A DNA stretch of 64,000 nt from Botryllus schlosseri. Its lineage: Eukaryota. Every line of letters starts with the position of its first letter. Position 1 is the first letter of the stretch. Position numbers and translations under genes: made by a program. The stretch covers positions 9,114,001-9,178,000 of the forward strand of contig CM119386.1 of the NCBI GenBank assembly GCA_051294905.1, read 5' to 3'. Below, in pieces: positions 40,467 through 52,260 of this stretch. The notes below the pieces were generated by a model. It was not told where the DNA came from. It saw only the letters and a program-made list of their open reading frames with translations, and did not search any database.

Positions 40467-41422
40467 GTATTGGTCACGTGTGGTGGAGACCAAAAAGTAC
40501 CTTTAGATACAGGGTGCGAGGGTTGCACTGTTAACTACGTGAGGAGTATACAATTGAATGATGTACTAATACTGAATTAGATCTGAATATTTTCTGGTGC
40601 CACTCGTCAGGGACAGTCGTCAGCAACTAGTAGAGAATCGTAAAGGACTGACGAGTATCAGTCGAAAATATTCGGGTTCTATTTCATTATGAATATATTA
40701 TTCTATTGTATTCCGCAGTTGTGTTGTAGCGACGTTCACTGGCATGGTCAGCATTGTAATTTGTAGGAGGGGTGGAATATTTCGTCGGTGTCAGATTACT
40801 TCAAAAGAGTTCACGTGATGATCATCACGTCATGTCATGAATCTAAATTTTTAAACCGGGAGCCTCTTTTACCCCTGTGGGGACGCTGTCTGCGCCAACT
40901 GTGACACGCAGCAGTATTCAGTGTTCAGGGATAGAGCTAGTATTGGAATCCCTGTTTTAAATTTGCTTTTTGGTCTCCACTGGTCAACCGTAGATTTCCA
41001 CTCTATTGAATACATACTTGACTGACCCTGGTTAAAGTGATTGAACATAATTTCAGTACGACCTCCATATGATGTATGTTCTTCCGTGTGGTAGTTATCA
41101 GCAACGTTCTGCTATGACGCGGCCGTCACATGCGATTGACAGTAACAATAATAAGTACGAGTTGACGTTTGAAATATGTATGATTGTCGTTTTGCATGTA
41201 TAATCATATACTTCCTATTTGACCCGAGTACAGTTTCTGTTTTTCTAGTCTATAAAAACAGATGTGCATCGAGTCAAAATAAATGGCCTACCTGAAGGAA
41301 GAGCCAACGAAGGCAGAGCCCAATGACGCCTTAGTGGCGCTGAATGCGTATCGAGGACAGATTATTGTAGTAGGACTTAACGGTATACATTCTGTTACAG
41401 AACATTGTCTTACCATAAATTG

Positions 41423-41587
41423 AACTATTTGAGCACAGTGACATAACAACAAAATATAGAACCGGTCCACTACGATTGTCTTTAGTAGGGCGGGGCAAGG
41501 ATACACCGCCATGTCCTGTATAAGTTGAATTATTTGATGCTTTGAGTACAGTGACTTAACTAACAAAATATAGAACCGGTACACTAC
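41423..41587. repeat. Diverged tandem duplication (shared segment of about 50-60 bp)
   Basis: ttgag(c/t)acagtgac(a/t)taac...acaaaatatagaaccggt(c/a)cactac occurs twice. Confidence 0.7.
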
Positions 41588-41990
41588 ACTCATTCTTGGC
41601 AGGATGGTGAAAATATACAATCTCTCTCAATGCCTGCTTGGCTGCCACCTTATCCACCCACATCTATCATATTGTACGAAAATTGATGAGGTACCGGGCA
41701 CTACGAAAGATGCGACCAGATGTTACAAGATTCGATGCAAGATTCGCGCGTGTTGCGCATCTAGTTGGAGCGACCTAATCCGTTAATTCTCGTATATGTA
41801 ATTTGCGATAACGACTGAAGTTATCAGCTCATTCACACTATCTTACATCCACGCCACATTTATGACCGCAACAGTGTTTTGTTTACATCAGTTTGTGCCG
41901 AGATGCGCGCGGATTTTCGCGATAATCTGCAATTATTGTTCAATTCTGAAAATTGATGCAGGTGATGGTAAATCTGATTTGTTATTTCAG

Positions 41991-42176
41991 CTTTGACGAA
42001 AACGGCATCGGCCGCAACGCAGTCGACGCGCAGTCGTCGCCCGGGTCCGTGATCCTGAATCCCGCGCCGTCCGCGCATCACGGGAACAGACGCGAATCGT
42101 TCCTGTACCGCACGGACGCGGATTTCGACCAATCATCACCTCTCGCTTCGAGGGCCTCCTCCATATACAGCGACCA
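41991..42176 (+). CDS. PDE4: PDE4 common long-form exon 1 (start of UCR1, PKA site RRESF)
   Basis: Acceptor ttatttcag|C TTT GAC GAA; donor GAC CA|gtaagt. Encodes FDENGIGRNAVDAQSSPGSVILNPAPSAHHGNRRESFLYRTDADFDQSSPLASRASSIYSD. Confidence 0.97.
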
Positions 42177-43007
42177 GTAAGTGGAATTGATCGATAATGA
42201 TACACGGGCGAATCAGCGCGCATTCAAGTACCGCGTGAGAGGGATGGGTTATAGTGTTCTTGTTATGGTCGAGAGTGTAATTTGATGATTTTTATATCCT
42301 CGTTTCGGACTATTCGTAACGGTGTCGCAATCGGATTTACCTTGACCCAGCACTGTTTGTATTACGAACAATCGGATCGCCTCGTCCGCTATATCCATAA
42401 TTGATTTGATACGCCTCCTCTTTATCCGAGAGGATTAAAGCTGAACTTTTGTGAGTCGCTCTGCCCGAAATGGGTGGTATTGGATCATCACAAAGCCAGC
42501 GATTGAAGTTTATCTTAAGACTTCTAGCTCGCATTATAGTTTGTATACTATAGCTCATGCCGAGTTTGGCATGCGTTTGTGAACCCGCATTCTTGCCGTA
42601 CGAGTGTCCGCTCACCACTTGAAAAGACCCTATACTTCAACAGTCGGGAACCTATGGCTCGTGCGAGCCATATATGGCTCTTTTGGGTATAAGATATGGC
42701 TCTTTGCCAAATATTTATTTTCTGTATTGAATTGATCACTATTGCAGCAACTTGTTAGCAAATTTCCATCACGGCCAGAATAATTATCCTCGTGAGAGTA
42801 TTAACATGTCTTTGAGAGGTAAAGGCAAAGCCGTCTTCATATTTAGGGGTTCGGATCCCTCTTTCAAAATCGTCAAATTTAGGTTGCTGTCGCGCCAGCG
42901 ACCAATATCACTCGGGGAATTCCATGTAACCGATTCGAAATCTTGGATTGCACGAGACGTTGATTAATCCGAGTGAATAGCAGTCACGGCGACGTCCATA
43001 TGACAAC

Positions 43008-45129
43008 CAGACATGGGGTGATTACTTTATGAATGTAATCGATTGCGATTACGATTACTTCTGAATCACGCGATTACGATTACGATTACGATTACAGCAA
43101 AATCAGGAAGTAGTCGATTACGATTACATTGGAAAAGTAATCACGATTACTCACGATTACATTTATTTCGCTTCGTAGAACTAGTCTTAGAATATATATT
43201 GAAGACAATAAGGATGCGATGAAAATACCTAATGAGAGATGACAACTATCTTTATAAATGATACGTCAGTTGCTTTTTACGTCATAATGTACCCATTGCC
43301 CAGCTTTATAGTGCTGGACGATTCATCGCACCCAACGATTTGAATTCTTGCCAGGTTCGTAATTGCCGCACCCGAAACTCCCCAATGGAGTACGGAGCGA
43401 GGTCGTAGGAGACTTAAAAGTATTTCGTAAATCAACATTAATTATATGAAGTATTTCGAGAGATTTCATTCTTCTAGCTCCGCGATTAAATGTCTCTAGA
43501 TAGCTTGATTTTAAAATGCATACCTGTCCCCTTAAGACAAGACGGGAATAATTTATAGGCATTTCGGTGCCGGTCATTAACGCGCCAGGACACACCAAAA
43601 GTCATATGCAGTTTCGGCCAACTTGCGACCTCACGAAGTGCGCTACTAAAGAAAGAACTTTACCGACATGTTGGGTACGCCTGTGTGTCCATTATCAATA
43701 GCCGCGCAGGGTGGGTGTGACGAATATATAGAGCGTTGTCCTTAGAATCTGAGCGCCACATTACAAATGTCACCCGGGGCCCCCACAGATGAATGAGACA
43801 TGACAATTTGTGTGTGCGACGCACATTGTTCGTCTCTCGTCTCAGAAAAGTTCTTCATTAGTCTTCTACGTTTGGACGACTACAATATACAATATGATTA
43901 TAGGCTATAGTACAGACGAGAGGTCACGAATTAACAACATATATTAATTGTAGTTATAACAATATCAGATATTATAGCTATGAATTACGTGCCCCAGATC
44001 TACAAGTAAATCTAACCATCGGGGGCTGAGAGAGGATTATTATTGAATAATCAAAGACAAACGTTAGGAGTGGGGGGGGGGGGGGGGTGACTTGCCGTTT
44101 TGGTCCTGATTCTAGCTACAACCCACGCTGACATGGTGTATAAGCGTATATCTATGGCGACAGGTCCAAATGTTGACTGAAAAATTGCGAAATAACGATG
44201 ACGCCCGTTTCAGCCAGACTCATATGATAATAAGATAAAGTGAACATAAAATTTGGTGTTTCACTTAATACAGATACTGCAAGCTGCCGTTACGAGAAAC
44301 GGCAAAGAACGGCTCGGTTATGATAAATATCAGCAGCTGTTGATTTTTATTGTTTCGTCGTGGAAATCGTAATGTCTCATTTGACGAGTACAAAATTTCA
44401 CATCTTTGTTCGATGTACGTACCTAAGTATGCCAACTTACATAGGCGAGGTCTACTGCTCGCCAAGCAGCAACGGTCAAACTGCTTCAGATAGGCATAAC
44501 AAAACATAAATACAAATGTTAGTATTTGAAAATATAGGCAGAATGGTGATTATTATGCTGCTGCGAGGTAGCTGTGTGTGGGGTGTATTGATAACCTGAT
44601 ATACAGCATGACGGGTGCTCTCACAACTACACTACAATGTAGGCCTACATCGAATATCTATATTTTACGTGTAACTAATAAAGTTATATTTATTCGCAAG
44701 TTGACGTTAAATAGGATATGGAAGCTACCAAGGTATTAGGTTTATATATATCGTCTGCTATCGGCGCAACATAGCATTCATTCTATTTTATGTGTGTAGC
44801 TTACACAATGACGAACACAGCTAATACTTCTGACGTAATAATGAGCAGCGACGATTGGAAGTCAGACGTTTGTGCTATCACTGACCTCAACCTGGTATAA
44901 TATCTCTTCCTTGTTCCCGAATGTTCAGTTTATGTCATAGTTCTTGTACGTACAGATTAAAAGTAATCGTTCTTCCTCTAAGAAATCGATTAAATATAGG
45001 AAGTAGTCGATTACGATTACGATTACTTCGGATTTTTCTCGAATGTAATCGATTGCGATTACGATTACTTGAAAATGCTGTAATCGTCGTAATCGATTAC
45101 GATTACTAATCGCGATTACCCCATGTCTG
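43008..45129. mobile_element. Non-autonomous hAT element family 5 (2122 bp) with subterminal GATTAC arrays
   Basis: TIR CAGACATGGGGT ... ACCCCATGTCTG; perfect TSD ATGACAAC (43000-43007 and 45130-45137); (CGATTA)n arrays at both ends; no transposase ORF; G16 tract at 44072-44087. Confidence 0.92.
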
Positions 45130-46424
45130 ATGACAACGCAGTTTTCAAATACGCATTGTCTTCCTGATCTACGGCTCGAAATGAACTGCCGACTGCCGTG
45201 TACGTTACATTCACAATTACAAACTCGAATTACAAACATTGTCATAGCTATCCACGTTCTTGGTTGGTAAATAGCTCTGTATACCCGCGATAAAATGTAG
45301 GTATGTAGCGCAACGTTCTATGTTACCGCCGAATTCTTTGAGAACTGAGAAGTCGACCAGTATTTAAATGTTCGGAATCGTTAGTTACATTCGGTTGATA
45401 CCAGTTACAATAAATTCAAAGATATTTACGGTGAATTGTGTTACCCATTGGGAGGCTTGGCCCGTTTGTGCGGCCTTTGGCCTACCTTTCGTTTCGCGGT
45501 TTATTTTCGAACAAGGAATATGCAAATTGTTTGATTTAGGGAGAAAAATGTTTAAAATCTTGTCATTCATGAACTGAAAATCGATAAGAAATAACCGATG
45601 GTAATTGAACGTATCACCATTTTTTTCTACTCATCCTGACGACAGGTGAGGTACTGCCTCACTTGCCTCCCCTGACCTGACGTCACTTATGTATCACAGC
45701 TTAGAGTGGCTTTGGATATATACTGCTGAAATGAGCATGTTTGACTTCACCTGCGTATGTGAACATGTGTTCTCGCATTTAAAGGAGCATAACGACGAAC
45801 CTGCGTTCTCGTAACACAGGTTTAAAGATCAAGGTCAAATAAGGCAACCAGCATGATTAGTGCGAGTTTTTACTGAGAAAATGCGACGCACACGACGAAT
45901 CCCATGTAGTTCGAATTATAGCTACCATGGCGTCACGGAATTTCAATTGTGACGCAACAGTTGATTGACATGTATGGCTCTTTAGGAGTTGAAATCAAAA
46001 AAAGTAGGACCAATATGGCTCTTTGGACAAAAAAGGTTCCCGACCACTGCATGCTTGCTCGCAATAGCGCCAGTCCAACCAGCCGTGTGCTCTCTGGGCA
46101 TTCTTCTGATGAACTAACAGAGATAGTGACCCGGCTACGCGACAGTGCTTGAAATTTTATACTACTATTCCACGACTTTATGGTCAATTGGTCAAGCACT
46201 CCGGTCATGGTGACTCCTTTCGCGGTACAAACTTCTGAGTATACAATTGATTTGTCGATTAGTATTAATAGTCTGTCCCAGAGGTGGAATCGTGCCCGTG
46301 TATGTTCAATGCTGGGCCTGACCCGAACTTGAAGGTTGGGATTGCCTGATTTGAGCATGGAACTAGTACAAGTACATGCTTATTCGGCCAGACTTGGACA
46401 ACTGGAAAATCATTAGCTTTTCCT

Positions 46425-46451
46425 AATTAGATTAGAATTAGAATTAGAATT
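46425..46451. repeat. (ATTAGA)n microsatellite
   Basis: Directly visible. Confidence 0.7.
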
Positions 46452-46612
46452 TACTCAATTCGTAAAAAACTTGAAAATTAAAAAAACTTCTGAAGTAGAA
46501 AGAAACACCGATCAAGTTGAGTTCATATCAAATCAATAGCTCATGCTCAAGATAATGAGAATGGCAAGTGTCTGCACACGAAGATTGCCTCGTTTCGCAC
46601 TATACACTATAC

Positions 46613-47418
46613 CAGGGGTGGTCAACCTTTCAGCTATTCATGATCATGTAGCTTATGGCCGCTTTCTAAGGCATAGTCGTAATGCACTATCTGGACGCCA
46701 AATACCAATTTTAAACTGTCCATGTCCATTTCCGGTGAGCTCCCGACTGATATATTTATTCAGATCAGCTTACTATACGCACCGAAATCGCGAGTGGTCG
46801 TGTTATGGATAGTATCTGGGATTTGTTATGGTCGCGCCAGGCGCTCGTCATTGATATTAATAAGTTTCAGTAAATCTTATCAAGCATTGATCCATTCTCA
46901 GCCCATGCGATCAGCTCACCGGTAGAGTTGAGGAAGGAGGTGTTTTCGAATATTTAGGACACGTTATAAATGATGATGGATTTTCGGGTGTACCAGTTGT
47001 TATCACTTTGTTGCATGATGTTACTTCTTGACCACCCATCAAGTTTGTCAAGTAGAAAGATAAGATATTGGAATCGCTCAAACGTACCAGAAACAAATTT
47101 CTTGCGTGAGTAGCACGTGATTTCAAGTTCGTATTTCTATATGGGGCGCATAATTTTCCTCTGCTATTCACATCTGTACTGTGGGGCTGAGATTGCAAAG
47201 CAGGCTACTATAATGAAATCGAAAAAATGAAGCCACGTTAATTCGCGCGCAGTGCGAAGAAAATTTCCAAGGTTATTTGAAATCTCTCGAAAATTTGGGA
47301 GTCAATTCGCAAATTCAATTTTGATGTCGATGGCCGCCAACTCATACTAATTGAATTACGTGGTAACGGCTGCACAGTGCACAATTTACCTTCTACGGCC
47401 GCAGGTCGGCAACCCCTG
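46613..47418. mobile_element. Non-autonomous hAT element family 6 (806 bp)
   Basis: TIR CAGGGGTGGTCAACCT ... AGGTCGGCAACCCCTG; perfect TSD CACTATAC. Confidence 0.88.
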
Positions 47419-48956
47419 CACTATACAGTTCTTCCGTAGCGTTGTCAGGAAAACCAGAACTTCGATTTGAATTAGAATTACCACATACCAATATTTTAAA
47501 AATTAGATTAGATTTAGATGCCAGCATTCCGCTGTGATTAGTCGAATTAGGCAACGTGAATTATCTTGTTGCCCAAGTCTGCATTCGGCCCGACTTGAGC
47601 CATGAAATATTTCCTAAAGTAGTGCCCGACAAACCCTAGCCGACCGCGTGTTGATTTGGCCTGTAATTGCGCTTCATTGTAACTATCGGACATAAGGATT
47701 ATATCTCCATACTTCCGCGGGATGTCGACAAAGTGACTGCTTGAAATCTGGTCGGGTATTAGGTCAATGACAACGAACGCCTTCAGCCCATCATATCTCT
47801 TAGTAACCGAATGTCTTAAATGGCCCACGCCTTCAGAGACGGCTGTCGCGAATCTGCGAGCTCTCACCCTTGTAGAGATGACATCTAAGCAATCTGTCAG
47901 TGATTAGTAGCCTAAAATCGCGTGTCATCTCGCTGGAATCCGTTGTCGGCGATTTGAAGCGATTGGACCGAGCTGACTTGTGGGACATATCACCCGCTTT
48001 CACATGCGGTATGTCCCACGAGAGCGCATAGATACGAACTTATCCGTCGTCGTATGTTATATTCATCGGCAAATGATCGTCACTTACGTCAGAGTTCGGT
48101 TTCTGTATCGATACAGCGTCCGAGAACATTTGAATCTGAATCGTTTCGTGTTGACATTTGTAGAGTTTTCCTTGGTTGGACATGTTTTATTCGTAAGCGC
48201 GGTCGCTATGTGTGCTACCCGATGATATGGCACATTGTTATTATTAAATTCTAATCACTAATACCTTTCCGTTTCCTAAACGGAATTTATCTTATATAAG
48301 GCTTCGACAACTAACTCTAATAGACATTTATGTATGCGTGTTCCTGTGCTCATGTTCAACACCGGATGTTTGAATATTTTCCGTGAGTAAAATCGATGGA
48401 CCCTTGATATTTTATGTATGGGAAGAGTGGTTTGTGAAGAACTGAACTTCCAACGAAAAATGTCTGTAGCTTTTTTATGGTGCATTTAAAAGAAGTCGCG
48501 TTCTGAAACACAACTTGAGACGGGCTTCAGATAATATTTTAAACAAAAGCCCGTTTCGCCATCCTGGCAACTTGAGTGGTAATATTGAAATTGAAGATGG
48601 AATTCATGACATTGAGAAGCTGGTTAAATACTGCTCTCCAGTAATGTTACAGAATTTCCTCCCTCGCACGTTTAGTTTGTTATTAGTTGTGACGGTAGTC
48701 ACATTCGTTGGTTGAGTGCGAAATTTCTTGAGTGACAATGTTGATATGGTTATTGGAGTGACAACTGACTCTAGTTAAGTTACGGTTACGGTTACGGTTT
48801 GAAGGTTAGCGGATCGACTAGGTCATTATGGTTCGAGGCTGTATTCGACGATTCGAATATAAGGTACCACCGGAGCCGGTCATGGTCTACCTGCACCAAA
48901 AACTCGCAAGCTGTGTTAACTAGGTTATGCTAATGCGATTTAGGATACCCCATCTC

Positions 48957-49841
48957 TAGGGATGGTGTGAACGTTCGCGTTCTGTGTGTGAACCTCGGAA
49001 ATTCAGAGGTTCACGTTCACAAACGAACCTTGGTAGGTTCTGCACTGTGAAAATTTTTCATATATTACAATTTTCACTTGATTATAACATCTTTGGTTGA
49101 AATTTATTGTATTTCAACTGCGAGCCACTATATACATGGCGATGGCAGCATAACAAAAAATCAACATTAAACGAACATTCACTTTCACAATCTCAAAAAA
49201 TTTACTTACTTTGTTACAAAAGTATGCTCGAATATGTAGTGACTCTCTGCTGTGAGCATGACCCGCAATCACACAACATCAAGAGCGATATATACGGTAC
49301 ATGTACAATGTACATGTAGCCAGCGAATGATGCTTATTCAACCAATCAGTGAAATTGATATCGTTGTATGATGTAAAAAATCTAGCAGGCCTACGAGGTC
49401 AATCTTGATTTCATATAGGTTTATTGTATCCTAAAAACAAATTCGCGCGATTGGGGTGCAGTGCTTTATACTCTGCTCAATATTAACGTAACTATACTCA
49501 GACGCCGAATGCATTGTCCGGTCTGGCCTAGACCGTTGAGCCGTAAGCTTATATTCCTCGTCGAAATTGTTGGCAAGGCGACGGAAGATATAGATTTTAT
49601 GGGATTATTACATCATTTGATTGCTTCAGTTGATACATTTGGCGACGTTTAAAACTTCGATATATACTTCAGCACTTCGGTCCGAATCGTCGCTAGGTAT
49701 CTTGTACATTAATATACCGTTGGAATTAGCAATATGACGTGACGTGATGTCATGAGGTTCACGTACGCGTTCACACAGAACCTTTCAAAAAGGTTCGCGT
49801 TCACACGAACCTGAACCTTTCATAGGTTCACGCCATCCCCA
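48957..49841. mobile_element. Non-autonomous hAT element family 7 (about 885 bp), Ac-like TAGGGATG termini
   Basis: TAGGGATGGTGTGAAC ... GTTCACGCCATCCCCA; subterminal GTTCAC/GAACCT repeats; near-TSD CCCATCTC / GCCATCTC offset by 2 nt. Confidence 0.8.
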
Positions 49842-52220
49842 CGGCCATCTCAATTGAAATTGGAAGCCTTGCGCCTGAGAGATAGCGAGGCGTAATTCCG
49901 ATATCGCCGAATTTGGATCATCCTTCAAAATTTAGCAAATACCCCATGGTTTGAAGTGGCTGACCAGTGACCAGTTCGGGGAAATTATTATAACGTTTTA
50001 TATTCGCGAAAGAAATTACTGATACTGGCGATTCGCCGTCATCACCGAGCACATCGTGCGATGCGACGCACGTGATTCTGGGTATTCCTATGCTGGCTTA
50101 ATATCTACCGCATGCGATAGTTCAGTTTCGAAAATTTCGGTCCAATTCCGACTAAAATGACGCGAGTTGACCAATCTATGTTCGACTGGCGGCGGGATTT
50201 AACAGGACTCCCGTATTTACCAGAGTGAATCCAAGTGTTACTGGTGTGCGTGAAAAGTAGGATTGATGATTTCGCGCCGTGACGTAATTCTGTAACGTAG
50301 GACAGTCGTATCCGTGTAAGTCACCTTATGGTATCTCAGCAACTTGGGACAGTCTGTACACTGTGGGATTTATTGTTCAATATTCGTACACCATGAATTG
50401 TGTTCACCGTTACTGTCCTGTACGCACTGTAGCGGGGTGTTACATACGCTTATGTATACTATATATAATAGTGACAATGTCGTTTATCACGTTCGCGTTC
50501 GTACTTTAGTTGAGGTTGATGATGTTTTTCGTAATCGCAGTCTTTCTTTTATCGCAGAAGCAATATTGTGTTATGTTTTTCGTTACGCCGGCTATGTCAT
50601 CTTTTACAATGAACTAGGCGACCCGCGACGTAGTTATTGTTTTGATCTCGCGGGAACAACGGACATAAAACGCCGCAAATTTATCTCGCCCATAAAGCCG
50701 CGCATGCGCATAACGTCCCGAGTCCGAAAGGTTGTGTATACCCCGCCCACGTGACAAGTCCCTATTTATCAGTTTCACAATCGTGTAAGCATACACTGCT
50801 TATGTGATGTGTCGTTAAACCCATATGCCAGAATTGACATTTCCTGGTCGAAAACACGCCGTGGCCGAACACGATAAGGCTCCCCGCTGTGCGATCGTTG
50901 TGACGTGCATTTTGAATCTCTGAGCGAGGCTTCTCGGCTGCAAATAGTGTGCCATTTCCATATCGGGAAAATACGGTAGAGATTGCCCGTATGTTTGTTG
51001 ATCGGATTAGGTTAAAAGTGTCTGGTCTTGAGTCGAAAATTGCCGTGCTCCGCATAATATAAGTGAGATAAGTGTGTGGTCTAATGTATCGTGAAAATAT
51101 AAACGCTCTTGTTATTATTTACAATCCTTATCCTACCCATGCGGCAATCATCTTGTCTACGTTTTGGTGGGTGGTGCGTCTTGAAATCGGACAGAGGTCA
51201 TACATAGCGTCTGTTGTAAGCGATTATGACTTCACGCGATAAGAAAATCTTCGCAGCGAATCGGCTCTTTGAGATTTCACGTGTTCTCCGATATTGGCCG
51301 AGAAAAGCGTAGGCTCTACGCTCTACCAGCCTTGGTAATTGATTTGGTTGACTTGCCACGCGCTGAATCGAGATCTTCAAAAGCTAAAAACTTTCCGAAA
51401 GGCTATTGGAATCGCTGCGCAAGTGCGCATATATTTACCGAGAAGGAATGTATCTATGCAGAATATGTATGGCCCCTCTCGATTTTACTAGACAGCTGAG
51501 ACTTGTCTGTTACTTTGAATGCATCATTAAATCGTGGAAATAGCACCACCACCATCAAGTCCCTCTCATTGGATTGAAACTGTGTTGAACAATACCGTAG
51601 CATTCTTGCTTATATCATGTATCCGTGTAGCTGTATACTGTATGAGTGTACGTGCAGTCGTGCACACGTAGTACAGTAAAGGTAAAGTCATAGTCTACCG
51701 CGGTCACCTCTGACTAGACTCGGACATGTAGTTGAATCATACGCCATTGACTAAGTGCTAGAGTTACTCGCTACCACGCCGAACCTACCTTGTCACGGGA
51801 CAACAAATATGACTTAGCGTTGTGTGTTTACTTATTGTGTATATTGAGATTAACTCACTTGGAAACCCGCTGCGCTGTCTATGTAGTGTGTAAATTATGG
51901 TGTGTATACAGTATCATACAGTCTATTAGCGCATCGCTTTGTTTCCGAGCGTTCGCTGAGATTCCATTGTACTTTTATACGTTGAATTTGACAAAAATCT
52001 CTATTTCGATACCTTTTATTGATTAACCTGGTAGCACAAAGAGACCGGTATAACCACTTATCCTGGCCCTACCCCATCCTTTTTACAATTCACTTGGCTC
52101 TTACTCGCCAGTTCTATATCTTCTTAATTGTAGTTCCTTTTGAATGAGTCCAGTGTGTGCTCACACCATACGTGAATACATCAAAGCGACTTGATTCGTA
52201 AGTTGTTTTTCTCTTTTCAG

Positions 52221-52260
52221 TCACGGCGGCGAAGATCTTATCGTCACGCCTTACGCTCAG
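52221..52260 (+). CDS. PDE4: PDE4 UCR1 micro-exon (40 nt, HGGEDLIVTPYAQ)
   Basis: ctcttttcag|T CAC GGC ... GCT CAG|gtaagc, phase 2 to 0. Matches vertebrate HGDDLIVTPFAQ. Confidence 0.95.

Noticed and set aside
40813-40830. Perfect 18-bp palindrome ACGTGATGATCATCACGT
   Set aside because: About one such palindrome per few 64-kb windows is expected by chance.
8840-41990. Nested genes in the large introns, as in Drosophila dunce
   Set aside because: No recognisable protein-coding exons on either strand other than PDE4; small nested exons cannot be excluded without RNA data.
43030-43160. Regular GATTAC repeat arrays (also 44950-45120) that could suggest a CRISPR or telomeric array
   Set aside because: They are subterminal repeats of a TIR/TSD-bounded hAT element, with no repeat-spacer structure.
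45933-46358. 141-aa minus-strand ORF with faint resemblance to the C-terminus of an RTE-type reverse transcriptase
   Set aside because: The similarity is too weak to call by eye; it needs tBLASTn/HMMER against Repbase.
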